Below are positions 18,916 to 28,629 of a stretch of 64,000 nt of DNA, piece by piece. Below the pieces are notes generated by a model. The model searched no databases. It had not been told where the DNA came from and worked only from the letters and a program-made list of their open reading frames with translations. Each line of letters begins with the position of its first letter. Within the stretch, counting starts at the first letter, position 1. The position numbers and the translations under genes were made by a program. The stretch is from Thermoplasmata archaeon (GTDB lineage Archaea > Thermoplasmatota > Thermoplasmata > Sysuiplasmatales > Sysuiplasmataceae), in NCBI GenBank assembly GCA_021806165.1, contig JAJZXY010000003.1:18496-82495 (forward strand). Reading direction: 5' to 3'.

Positions 18916-20099
18916 TGCCCGTTGATGTGCATGTCCATAATCCTGAAATAGAGCTCGCTGAGCAGCTTGGCCGTCCTTTCCTTCGAGTACAGCTCGGCCG
19001 TTCTGCGTGCATTCCTCCTGATGTTCACGTCGGAGGAGAAGGCCCTGTCTATGGTTTCTGCCATGTTGTCCGAGAATTCATTGAAGAGGTAGCCGTTTTC
19101 ACCGTCTACAATGTAGTCTGTCACAGCCCTGTAATTGATGCTTACCACAGGCTTTCCACAGGACATCGCCTCCAGCATGGAAAGGCCCTGCGTCTCGAAT
19201 TTGGAGGCGCTGATGAATGCATCCGCCGCGGCATAATAGTCGGCAAGCCTGTTGTCAGGGACGAAGCCGGCGAATATGACCCTGTCGTCCAGCCTGAGCG
19301 AATGGACAAGCTGCTCCAGGTGCTTCTTGGCAGGGCCGTCCCCGACTATCAGGAATTTGGAGGATCTGTCACCTATCCTGTCGATGTTCCTTATTATGGA
19401 ATCTATGTTCTTCTCGAAAGCGACCCTGCCGACATAGAGCAGCAGCGGGGAGCTGCCGATGCCATAAATCTCCCTCACCGGAGCTGCGGAGCTCATGGGC
19501 CTGAATCTCTTTGTATCAACGCCCGTGGGGATTACCGCAGTGTACGGCATGCGCGGAGCCATCTTGACAAGCTCCTCCAGTATCGGCTTTGTGGGGACAA
19601 CAACAGCGTCAAGCCTGTTGAGGAAGAAGCGCATGTAGCGCAGCGCCAGGTTGACAACGACGTTTGTGGGAACGGGGAGGGGATTGTAGTAGTCTGCCGC
19701 CTCGTGCATCATTGTGTGGTAGGTGGTCGCCACCGGGACACCGAAGTGCCTCCCAGCGGAGAGCCCCTTCATACCCATGAAGGTCATCCCGTGAGTGTGT
19801 ATCAGGTCCACTCCAAGCTTCCTCAGTATCCTGTTCTTGTTTGATGGCAGGAATGCGCTCCTGTACTGAGGGTAGTGCTTGAACCTGAAGGAGCGGAAGA
19901 AGAATGTTCCCCCCCTTGTTATATCCTGAACCTTCTCGCCGTTGGAAGGTTCGGGGGCGAATATGAAAACTTCGTGGCCGATGCGTTCGAGTTCCCTCGA
20001 AACAGTGGACAGCGAGGTGACGACTCCGTCAACGGCAGGGTAGTAGGAGTCTGTAAACATTGCTATCTTCATTTGGACACATCTCTGCTTGTTATGCAA
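18912..20099 (-). CDS. glycosyltransferase family 4 (probable start 20072)
   Basis: MKIAMFTDSYYPAVDGVVTS, YVGRVAFEKN, ETQGLSMLEAM. Confidence 0.93.
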   Translation of the reverse strand: MHNKQRCVQMKIAMFTDSYYPAVDGVVTSLSTVSRELERIGHEVFIFAPEPSNGEKVQDITRGGTFFFRSFRFKHYPQYRSAFLPSNKNRILRKLGVDLIHTHGMTFMGMKGLSAGRHFGVPVATTYHTMMHEAADYYNPLPVPTNVVVNLALRYMRFFLNRLDAVVVPTKPILEELVKMAPRMPYTAVIPTGVDTKRFRPMSSAAPVREIYGIGSSPLLLYVGRVAFEKNIDSIIRNIDRIGDRSSKFLIVGDGPAKKHLEQLVHSLRLDDRVIFAGFVPDNRLADYYAAADAFISASKFETQGLSMLEAMSCGKPVVSINYRAVTDYIVDGENGYLFNEFSDNMAETIDRAFSSDVNIRRNARRTAELYSKERTAKLLSELYFRIMDMHINGQ

Positions 20100-20551
20100 C
20101 CTCGCGGTATCGCACGGGTGCGGCGTAAGCTGTCACATGTGAGACGGCCGCGGGTGAATGAAAAACGTTATGCGAGTGCCGGGCAGCCATGGTAAAGAGC
20201 AGGCAGCCGGTCTCCTCAGCTTCCAGTTCCGTATACTATTCCTCCGGACTTGATTCGATCGCGGTCTACTATCCTTTTCATGGTGCTCTCCCGGTACGCA
20301 TCCCATGAGGACGAGCATCTGAAAAGCCTGACCCGTGAAACGAGCCGCGGACGAGAAGATTTGGGCTGTCGTATTTTAAGCTGTCGCTGTGCTCATGAGG
20401 GGGTGTGAGGAACGGGTGAGGAGGTTTTCGGTCGTCCCTGATGCCGGTCCAGCATAACGGGCCGGCGAGGTATGGGAGGATTTACATGTTAACTTTTCAC
20501 GTGCTATTCTGATGCAATATGCGCACCTGAGAAGGGGGCCGGCCTGATTGG

Positions 20552-20971
20552 ATGGCCGCAACCGCCGAAGAGATTAAATCGGTAGGATGGATGACTTCAG
20601 CCGTGAAGGCCGAGACAGGTCACATTGTGTTCGCCTCCGGGTTCAGGTTCAGGGCGCTCAAGGAGGTTTTTCCTGAGCTCATGACAGCATTCCTCCAGGA
20701 GACAGACCAGATGCCGGAGGAGAATGAAATCCTCGAAATGTTCATAGAACTGAACATGAGGGACATAAGGTCCAACAGGAAGCCGGAGGGGTACAACAGG
20801 AAGGGGAGGATGAGGATGATTTTCCCGATAGGGAGGAAGGAGATGTATCTCGCAGGCAACTCATCCAGCACCGAAGTGGTCAGGGTGACTGAGAAGATCA
20901 GCAAAATGCTTCAGAAGAAAGGGATCAGGAACAGCCTGGAATGGGATGATGGGATTTCGCAGCGTACCTAG
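20552..20971 (+). CDS. hypothetical protein
   Basis: 139-aa ORF with typical codon usage; no family recognised. Confidence 0.7.
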   Translation: MAATAEEIKSVGWMTSAVKAETGHIVFASGFRFRALKEVFPELMTAFLQETDQMPEENEILEMFIELNMRDIRSNRKPEGYNRKGRMRMIFPIGRKEMYLAGNSSSTEVVRVTEKISKMLQKKGIRNSLEWDDGISQRT

Positions 20972-21519
20972 GTTCTGAGCGGCGCTTTGTGCAGCTGGGA
21001 ATAGACGGGGCCGGCTGGGGTGAGGTCGCTCCTTTTCAGGACAACCTCACGAACTTCCTGCCCTCCGAATTCAGCCTTTCCCCATGCTGAGAAGAAGCGG
21101 CTTAGCTCCCTTCCGTCCACACTGCACCTGACCCTGGCGAGTGTCACATGCGCATGAAATTCCCTCGACTCCATCCTCAGCCCCATAGGGCGGAAGCATT
21201 CGCCAAGTCTTCCGCTCAGCAGCCCTGTCTCTCCCGAATCTACAACTCCGGCCCAGATGACCGAGGGCCTGTCGACGGCGGGGAATGCACCTATGCCCTC
21301 AAATCTGACCTGGTAGCTCTCAACGCCGCCAGCGACCGAGTCGATTCCGGATGCAAGAATTTCATTGATGCCCGGATCCACATCCCCCAGGAAATTAAGC
21401 GTTATATGCAAACCCTCCCTCCGGGCAGGACGCACGCACCTTGAGCTGAACAAAGGATCGTGAAGTATCCCCGCAAAGATTGACCGGTCTTCCACATCGA
21501 TTGCAGTAAATTCCCTCAT
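20968..21519 (-). CDS. thpR: RNA 2',3'-cyclic phosphodiesterase (2H family)
   Basis: Two HxT motifs (LHITLNFLG, FHAHVTLAR), SDLTPAGPVY. Confidence 0.9.
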   Translation of the reverse strand: MREFTAIDVEDRSIFAGILHDPLFSSRCVRPARREGLHITLNFLGDVDPGINEILASGIDSVAGGVESYQVRFEGIGAFPAVDRPSVIWAGVVDSGETGLLSGRLGECFRPMGLRMESREFHAHVTLARVRCSVDGRELSRFFSAWGKAEFGGQEVREVVLKRSDLTPAGPVYSQLHKAPLRT

Positions 21520-21703
21520 GGACCTGCGGCATGAGTATTGACTCCATGCTGATAAGGACTGTCACGCCGGGGCTGGACAGGGTGACTGGATTTTGCTGGA
21601 AAAGGAAGGGGGACGGGGAATTTGTAAACTTTAAGTATTCTAATATACAAAAATATTAAATAGCTGGGCGAATTATTGGGCGTTTGAGAAGCAAGACAGC
21701 ATA

Positions 21704-21840
21704 TGGCGGTTGTCCGCTGCAGGGCTATTGACCACGGGGCTGACCGCATTGATTGCAGGTTCGATGCGGCTTTGGCAGTGGTGTGTGATGGAGTAGCCGA
21801 AATCGAGCAGCCACCGTACACTGCCTCACAAGGATGTGAG
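21704..21840 (+). promoter_or_regulatory. structured 5' leader of tfb (four hairpins)
   Basis: Stems 21706-09/21714-17, 21744-52/21761-69, 21774-80/21819-25 and 21825-30/21835-40; TATA-like TTAAATA at 21656. Confidence 0.5.
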
Positions 21841-21843
21841 AAA

Positions 21844-22791
21844 GTGGTTACACTGAACAAAACCAGGGAAAAGGTGGAGGTCGATGATGTCGAGTACTGT
21901 CCCGAATGCAACAGTTCCCACCTTCAGGAGGACTACGAGAGAGGGGAACTTGTCTGTGCGGACTGCGGGCTGGTCATAAGTGAGAATCTGATAGACCCCG
22001 GACAGGAATGGAGAGGGTTTGACTCCGAGCAGAACGAGAGGAGGGCCAGGACTGGAGCGCCTGCAACCTACACTGTGCATGACAAGGGACTTTCGACCGA
22101 GATATCGTGGAAGAACGTGGACATTTACGGCAAGAGCGTGCCCGCAAGGAACAAGCCCCAGCTATACAGGATGAGGAAGTGGCAGAAGAGGCTCAGGGCG
22201 GCAAATGCAATCGAGAGGAATCTCATGGTCGCGCTTGCATCCATCGAGAGGATAAGTTCCAACATGGCCCTGCCCAAGAACGTAAGGGAGGAGGCTGCCG
22301 TGATCTACAGGAAGGCAGCATCGAGGGACCTGATACGGGGCAGGAGCATCGAGGGCGTTGTCGCGGCATCCATTTACGCGGCATCCAGGCAGCTCAACTT
22401 CCCGCGTGCAATAGAGGAGATTGCCAGATCAAGCAGGGTAGGGAGAAAGGAGATTGGCAGGAACTACAGGACGCTTGTCCGTGAACTCCGGCTTGCTCTT
22501 CTGCCCACAACCCCTCAGGATTACATTTCCAGGTTCTGCAGCGAGCTCAGCCTCGGGACCGAGGTGGAGGCAAAGGCGCTCGACATACTGAAGGAGGTGG
22601 AGGAGAACTCATCCACAGTGGGAAAGGGGCCGACAGGTATTGCCGCAGCGGCCATCTACATAGCCGCCATCCTGAACGGCAAGAAGAGGACGCAGGAGGA
22701 GATTGCCAACATATCCGGCGTTACCGAGGTGACGCTGCGCAACAGGTTCAAGGACATCACAAACACACTTCACCTGGGAACAGACTTCTGA
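21844..22791 (+). CDS. tfb: transcription initiation factor IIB
   Basis: Zn ribbon CPEC...CADC, EWRGFD, HDKGLST, RGRSIEG, VTEVTLRNR; GTG 21844 preferred because the extension to 21703 is not TFB-like. Confidence 0.95.
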   Translation: MVTLNKTREKVEVDDVEYCPECNSSHLQEDYERGELVCADCGLVISENLIDPGQEWRGFDSEQNERRARTGAPATYTVHDKGLSTEISWKNVDIYGKSVPARNKPQLYRMRKWQKRLRAANAIERNLMVALASIERISSNMALPKNVREEAAVIYRKAASRDLIRGRSIEGVVAASIYAASRQLNFPRAIEEIARSSRVGRKEIGRNYRTLVRELRLALLPTTPQDYISRFCSELSLGTEVEAKALDILKEVEENSSTVGKGPTGIAAAAIYIAAILNGKKRTQEEIANISGVTEVTLRNRFKDITNTLHLGTDF

Positions 22792-23744
22792 GCCCCGAAC
22801 CACTTTTCCATCGCTTTTTTTCTTTCAGCCAGCATTGCTCCAGCCTGCTCATTAGCAAATGCGAGCCGCCTGTCAGGCGGGTCGAGCCTCAGAAGTGACA
22901 GGGCGTATGCCGCCGTCCAGAAGTCTCCTGCACCGGTGGTGGATGGATAGGCTGCTGTGTCCACAGCCATCCTGGTGCAGACACCATCCCTGGCCTCCAG
23001 GGATTCGGACTGGGAGTGCAGTCCGACAACTGGACCCAAGCGGGACAGCTCAGAAGCGGATTCCACGGCAGTCAGTCCCTCCCCCAGCCCGAGCAGGCTG
23101 CAGGCTGCAATTCCCTCCTCCACGGAGGCTGAAATCGCGTCTGCGAGACCGATTGAGTCTGAAAGACCGTCGGGGTCTTTGAAGGGAGAGGATGCATCCG
23201 GGAGATCCATGAGCTTCAGCCCTCCCAGCGAAGAGAAGGCCCGCTGAGCAAGCCTGGTTCCAAGGGTATTGTTTGTAAGATTGAAAACAGCCACCATGTC
23301 GAAATGGTGCCCCGAAAGCTCATCTGGAATCATCTCCGGACCGGCCTCCTGCAGTGACCCGGGATGGTTGATGTTGACGGACCTGCCGCCGATTGCCTGC
23401 CTGAACTCAAGCGCGACCGTCAGTGAGGGCTCGAAACCGGTCGTGACGTATTCAGTGGAAAAGTCAAGTCCGGCGGTTTCACGCAGCACAAGGTCGAGCA
23501 GGTACCTGCTTGTTCTGGCAAGGAGAGCAACGGAGCATCCGAGCCGGGCGGCTGCGAACGCAAAGTTGTATGCATTGCCGCCAAGGGAGAGGTGCTGCGG
23601 CACCCTCATTCTGCTGCCGGCCGAAGCGGTGGCGAGTATCAGTCCGGCAAAATCATCCGGTGTTCCGGCAGCCATGTAGTGGTCGAGGAATATGTCAGGC
23701 ATGGCCAGTATCCTGAACTTCCCGGTTTCCCCTTCCATGCCCAT
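22770..23744 (-). CDS. PfkB-family carbohydrate kinase
   Basis: LGGNAYNFAFA, STTGAGDFW; upstream ORF extension overlaps thrS and was discarded. Confidence 0.8.
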   Translation of the reverse strand: MGMEGETGKFRILAMPDIFLDHYMAAGTPDDFAGLILATASAGSRMRVPQHLSLGGNAYNFAFAAARLGCSVALLARTSRYLLDLVLRETAGLDFSTEYVTTGFEPSLTVALEFRQAIGGRSVNINHPGSLQEAGPEMIPDELSGHHFDMVAVFNLTNNTLGTRLAQRAFSSLGGLKLMDLPDASSPFKDPDGLSDSIGLADAISASVEEGIAACSLLGLGEGLTAVESASELSRLGPVVGLHSQSESLEARDGVCTRMAVDTAAYPSTTGAGDFWTAAYALSLLRLDPPDRRLAFANEQAGAMLAERKKAMEKWFGAQKSVPR

Positions 23745-23852
23745 GAAATGGATGCCGGGCCTATAAATGGTGCGGCAGGAAAGGGCTAGGGGACTGACGG
23801 TCCCGCAAAAGAATTTAAAACGATGCTCCCTAACCCTGAGCGGTGCTGACGA

Positions 23853-25694
23853 TTGAGGCTCCTGTTCATACATGCCGACAGTATGTCCTATGAGACCAAG
23901 TCCAGGACTAGGGCTGCCGAGGAAATCGGCGAGGAAGACAAGAAGGGTTCCATGGACGAGGTACTGGTCTGTTTCACAGCGGTGGAGAAGGGGGATGACG
24001 CGAAGGGCGGCAGGATCGTAGAGAAGGCCATGGAGAATATCAGGGAGGTAGCCTCGACTGTCAAGGCGCAGAACCTGATGATCTACCCGTATGCACACCT
24101 CTCATCATCGCTCGCACCGCCCGACGAGGCTGTCAGGGTGCTGAAGGCCCTTGAAAATGCGGCCGGGAGTGAATTCAACACGAAACGGTCCCCCTTCGGG
24201 TGGTACAAGTCATTCACCATAAAGTGCAAGGGACATCCCCTTTCCGAGCTGTCGAGGCAGGTTGTTGTCGAGGGTCAGGAGGCGAAGAAGCAGGGGGAGG
24301 ACAGGTATTTCGTTCTCACGAAGGATGACAGGATTGTCGCCCCCGTCGAATACAGGACTGAGAACAGGTGCTTCGATGCCATGCTGCGGAAGGAGGCACT
24401 GAAGGAGCAGGTGGGCAGCAGTGAAGCTCCTGAATACCTCAAGCTGTGCAGAAAGTTCGGAATAGCATGGGAGAGGATGAGTGACATCGGGCACGAGGTC
24501 TACCACCCCCCGGCAGCGCTGATCTTCGACCTGAGCGCAGACTACGCCAAGCAGGTTGTGACAGGATTTGGCCTTTCGGTCTTCTCTGTCAGGGGGACAA
24601 ACATGTTCAACCTTGCCGAGCCTGCTGTAAAGGAGCATGCGGAGCTGTTCGGCGACAGGCTCTACACAATAGAATCGGACAACAAGGACTTCGTCCTGAG
24701 GTACGCTGCCTGCCACCAGCAGTTTTCAATGATGAGCGGCTGGAACATAAGCTACAGGCAGATGCCTGTATCTGCTTTCGAGATTGCAGACGCCTACCGG
24801 TATGAACAGTCCGGGGAGACGATGCTGCTCTTCAGGCTCAGGAGGCTGAACATGCCCGACCTGCATGTCCTCTGCAGGGACATGGATGAGGCATACAGCT
24901 GGTTCGCAAAGATTCACGGCCAGGTTTACGATGAGGTATCTAAACTGGGCACCGACTACGAGATGCTTGTAAACGTCTCCTCAATGAGGGCGTTTGAGGA
25001 AAACAGGGAATTTATAATGTCACTGCTCCGGGGAAAGGGAAAGGACTGTCTTATACACATCTACCCCGAGGGAGCCAACTTCTACTGGACGGTAAACATA
25101 GAATACCACCTTCTTGACCAGATGGGCAGGGCAAGGGAGGTCGGCACGGTGCAGATTGATACAGGCAATGCCAAGCGCTTCAACATCACATATGCCGACT
25201 CTGAAGGCAGGAAGCAGCATCCAGTGATACTCCACACGGCAATTGTCGGCACAATAGAGCGATTCATGTACTCAATATTCGACCGGGCACTCCAGCGAGC
25301 TGCAGACAGCGGTAAACCAGGCTATCTTCCCTACTGGATTTCCCCCGAGCAGGTCAGGCTTCTGCCCATATCGGAAAGGCACAGAAGCAGGGCCGGGGAG
25401 CTTGCAGCACGGCTGAGAAAGCACAGCATACGCGTAGGTGTCGACGACAGGGAGCTGACAATTTCGAAGAAAGTCAGGGAGGCGAAACAGGACTGGGTCA
25501 GCTACGTCATTGTTGTGGGCGACCGGGAGCTTGAGGGTGAGTCTTTCAGGATATACGACAGGGAGAAGGACGCAAATGTCGACGGGACGCTTCAATCCCT
25601 GGTTGAGGAGTGCGTGGAGAAGCAGTCAGGATACCCATTCAAGCAGATGTATATGCCCTATGAGCTCTCAAAGAGGGTTGATTTCTCCCTCTAG
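23853..25694 (+). CDS. thrS: threonine--tRNA ligase (archaeal type, N-terminal editing domain)
   Basis: MRLLFIHAD, YPYAHLS, PFGWYKSF, CKGHPLSELSR, LRYAAC, MPDLH, GTIER. Confidence 0.96.
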   Translation: MRLLFIHADSMSYETKSRTRAAEEIGEEDKKGSMDEVLVCFTAVEKGDDAKGGRIVEKAMENIREVASTVKAQNLMIYPYAHLSSSLAPPDEAVRVLKALENAAGSEFNTKRSPFGWYKSFTIKCKGHPLSELSRQVVVEGQEAKKQGEDRYFVLTKDDRIVAPVEYRTENRCFDAMLRKEALKEQVGSSEAPEYLKLCRKFGIAWERMSDIGHEVYHPPAALIFDLSADYAKQVVTGFGLSVFSVRGTNMFNLAEPAVKEHAELFGDRLYTIESDNKDFVLRYAACHQQFSMMSGWNISYRQMPVSAFEIADAYRYEQSGETMLLFRLRRLNMPDLHVLCRDMDEAYSWFAKIHGQVYDEVSKLGTDYEMLVNVSSMRAFEENREFIMSLLRGKGKDCLIHIYPEGANFYWTVNIEYHLLDQMGRAREVGTVQIDTGNAKRFNITYADSEGRKQHPVILHTAIVGTIERFMYSIFDRALQRAADSGKPGYLPYWISPEQVRLLPISERHRSRAGELAARLRKHSIRVGVDDRELTISKKVREAKQDWVSYVIVVGDRELEGESFRIYDREKDANVDGTLQSLVEECVEKQSGYPFKQMYMPYELSKRVDFSL

Positions 25695-26444
25695 TCGGTG
25701 GAGGAATGTGCCGCCTGAAACACTCAGCGTGCACCGTTTATGCAGGATGCCTCATCGGAGGCAGGATACGAAACAGCAGATACTATATCCTCCGGCTGGC
25801 CAATCCTCCGCGAAGGGGTCTGGTCGGCCATTGCCTGCAGCTGCTCCCCGTCATACCTGTCAAGTATCCGGGTCATAACCGATCCGGGGCAACCGTGTTG
25901 ACCGTTATGCCATAGCCGCCCGGCTCCATTGCGAGGGAGCGCGTCAGGCCTATCATGCCTGCCCTGGATGCGGCATAATGAGCGCCATGTCTTGAGCCCT
26001 TGAAGGCGAGCTGGGATGTCACATTGATGATGCGCCCCTCAGCCCCTTCCTCATCAGCGGCACGACCGCCCTTGTGCAGAGGAATGCACTGTCAAGATTG
26101 TTTGAGAGCGTTCTCCTCGACGCGGCGAAATCAATGTCCTCGAAAGGAGCCCTCTCGTGAATGCCTGCACTGCTGACCAGAATGCCGAGGCTGCCAAACC
26201 TGCCCTCCACCTCCCTGACCATTCAGGCAACCTGCGCCTCGCTGGAAAGGTCGCACCTGCGGATGAAGCCATGGCCGCCTGAAGCCTGTATGCCATCGAG
26301 CGCCTCCATTGCACCCCGGCTGTTCCCGCGGTAGTTAAGGCAGACAGAGAAACCGTCTGATGCGAGCCGTTCCGCCACAGCCCGTTCTATCCCCCTTGAC
26401 GCCCCGGTAACCAGCGCAGTCCTTGGCACAGCCATTGCCGGCAT
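25691..26444 (-). pseudogene. short-chain dehydrogenase (FabG-like) pseudogene
   Basis: TGASRGIE, then in-frame TGA at 26223-25, frameshifts near 26045, 25880 and 25730; fragments GRIINVTSQLA, HYAASRAG (YxxxK lysine lost), GITVNTVAP, IGQPEDI. Confidence 0.88.
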
Positions 26445-26460
26445 GATTGCTGCTTCGCTA

Positions 26461-27204
26461 TTAAAGAGGGATGCCGGGAGCGTCCTGGCCGCGCATCACA
26501 CTGCCGCTGCCGTCATATTCGACAATCTCCCTCTTCCTGACTGAATCCTCTATCAGCGAAGGAAGGTCGATCTTGCCTTCCTCCTTCTCAACTCTGGAAG
26601 GGTCTGTCCTGGTTGCCGGATTGCCTACTGCGAAAAGGGTGCAGCAGTCCTCATGCGGACGTATCGATATCTCGAATGTGCCAATCGCCTTTGCCACATC
26701 AATGATCTCGGTCTTGTCAAAACCTATGAGGGGCCTGAGAACAGGTATGGCTACCGACTGTTCCACCGTGGAGATGTTGGGAAGTGTCTGCGAGGACACC
26801 TGGCCAAGGCTGTCTCCGGTGACAATGAAGGATGCGCCTGCCTCACCTGCGATCTTCTCCGCAATCCTGGCCATAGCTCTCCTGTACATTACAATCCTGA
26901 GGTTGTTTGGAGTATTCCTGAATATATTCTCCTGTATTTCGAGGAAGGGGACAAGGCTGAGCGTCCCCCCTCCCTGGTATGGCAGGAGGACAGAGGCAAG
27001 CTCCCTTGCCTTTGCAATGGCGGAGCTGCAGGAGAACGGGTAGCTGTGAAAATGCACAAGCTGCAGGCGCAGCCCCGATCGCATGGAAAGCCATGATGCC
27101 ACGGGAGAATCGATGCCGCCCGAAAGGAGAGATATCGCGCCATAACCGTCTCCGCGGCCGCCCTTTCCGCCCGACCGGACATCCACATTCACGTAGTACT
27201 TCAT
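26461..27204 (-). CDS. thiI: ThiI-like PP-loop sulfurtransferase catalytic domain, lacking the NFLD and THUMP domains
   Basis: LLSGGIDSPVA, TGDSLGQVSSQT, VLRPLIGFDK, EDCC; only 247 aa. Confidence 0.8.
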   Translation of the reverse strand: MKYYVNVDVRSGGKGGRGDGYGAISLLSGGIDSPVASWLSMRSGLRLQLVHFHSYPFSCSSAIAKARELASVLLPYQGGGTLSLVPFLEIQENIFRNTPNNLRIVMYRRAMARIAEKIAGEAGASFIVTGDSLGQVSSQTLPNISTVEQSVAIPVLRPLIGFDKTEIIDVAKAIGTFEISIRPHEDCCTLFAVGNPATRTDPSRVEKEEGKIDLPSLIEDSVRKREIVEYDGSGSVMRGQDAPGIPL

Positions 27205-27370
27205 CTTCCTCTGACTTATCCAGTGATGAAGATTAATCTTTCGGTCGATTCAACAGTTAAATGGGGTTATCATCTGTCTGACAATTGGCGTACAAAGAGG
27301 CTGTTTTTTGTCCAGAATGTAGAAAGATTTATAACTTCAATTTGAGTTAAGGGGACTTAGGGATGCACTT

Positions 27371-28543
27371 ATGCCAAATTCTCTTGTTAGGGATGCATTA
27401 GGTCCGGATTTCAAGGTACCTGCCCAGCAGGTTGTGAGCACGCCTCCGGCGCAGGCTGGAGAGATTAGCAAGGACGACGAGGAGCTTGCAAGGATAGCCT
27501 CGTCGCTCGACGTCTGCATCAAGATAGTCGGATGCGGGGGCGGCGGAACCAATACGATCACAAGATGCCATGACTCTCAGATTCAGGGGGCGCAGATGTG
27601 CGCGCTCAACACGGACGCCAAGCATCTCCTTTCTGTCCACTCGCAGCGGAAGATACTGATTGGCAGGAGGCTTACACAGGGGCTGGGCGCAGGCGCAATA
27701 CCTGAAGTCGGGGAAGAGGCGGCAAGAGAAGCTGATCCCGAAATAAGGGGATTCCTTCAAGGCTCGCAGATAGTCTTCGTTACCGCCGGAATGGGCGGTG
27801 GAACCGGAACTGGTTCGGCGCATTACGTCGCCAGGCTGGCCAAGGAGATGAAGGCTCTTACGATTGGTGTCGTGACACTTCCCTTCAGGGCCGAAGGGGA
27901 ACTCAGGATGGAGAACGCAATGGCGGGGCTGGAAAAGCTGCGCCGCATCTGCGACACGACAATTGTAATCCCCAACGACAAGCTCCTTGACCTGGTACCG
28001 AAACTGCCTATTGAGGCTGCCTTCAAGGTGGCCGACGAAGTTCTCATGCAGACGCTCAAGGGACTGACGGAGATAGTCACAAAGCCTGGACTCGTGAACC
28101 TGGATTATGCGGACATAATGACCGTCATGAATGAGGGCGGGGTTGCGTTTGTAGGCATAGGGGAGAGCGACTCTGAGGATGGAAGGATAGACGAGGCAGT
28201 AAGCGAGGCACTCAATTCTCCACTGCTCGGCGAGATAAACCTGGCCGATGCCGCGGGATGCCTGATAAGGGTGACCGGCGGACATGACCTTACTATTTCC
28301 GAGGCGCAGAAGGCAGCTGAAATAGTCAGTTCAACCATAAGCAGGAATGCACGCATCATATGGGGATGCTCCGTAGACGACAGTTCCGAAGGCACGGTAA
28401 AGGTGCTTCTCATCGTCACAGGCGCAAGGTCGAAGTACATGCTCGCCAAGGAGGACTCCATCCAGACCGTTCCAGAGGTCGGCAGGGCAGCTGCCACCGC
28501 GGTGACTCAAGACTTTGATGACGGAATAGATGTCATCCGCTGA
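27371..28543 (+). CDS. ftsZ: cell division protein FtsZ
   Basis: [37 protein letters not shown]. Confidence 0.97.
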   Translation: MPNSLVRDALGPDFKVPAQQVVSTPPAQAGEISKDDEELARIASSLDVCIKIVGCGGGGTNTITRCHDSQIQGAQMCALNTDAKHLLSVHSQRKILIGRRLTQGLGAGAIPEVGEEAAREADPEIRGFLQGSQIVFVTAGMGGGTGTGSAHYVARLAKEMKALTIGVVTLPFRAEGELRMENAMAGLEKLRRICDTTIVIPNDKLLDLVPKLPIEAAFKVADEVLMQTLKGLTEIVTKPGLVNLDYADIMTVMNEGGVAFVGIGESDSEDGRIDEAVSEALNSPLLGEINLADAAGCLIRVTGGHDLTISEAQKAAEIVSSTISRNARIIWGCSVDDSSEGTVKVLLIVTGARSKYMLAKEDSIQTVPEVGRAAATAVTQDFDDGIDVIR

Positions 28544-28629
28544 TTGGCTGCCATAACACGGCTCAAACACCTTACAACTACCTTTTTTCCTTCTTCATGG
28601 CGTTGCAGGCAGTAGGCACATGGTCCCGG

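Noticed and set aside
18915-19844. 309-aa plus-strand ORF
   Set aside because: Antisense shadow of the GT4 gene; no motifs
20305-20355. C/D box sRNA (ATGAGGA...CTGA...GTGAAAC)
   Set aside because: No terminal D box at proper spacing, and I could not identify an rRNA or tRNA target
21703-21843. 47-aa N-terminal extension of TFB
   Set aside because: Not TFB-like, and better explained as a structured leader; not formally excluded
26223-26225. In-frame TGA here and in pit (60398) as selenocysteine or recoding
   Set aside because: Both genes carry other inactivating lesions, the positions are not Cys-equivalent, and TGA is the ordinary stop in many genes here
27398-28285. 295-aa minus-strand ORF
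   Set aside because: Shadow of ftsZ
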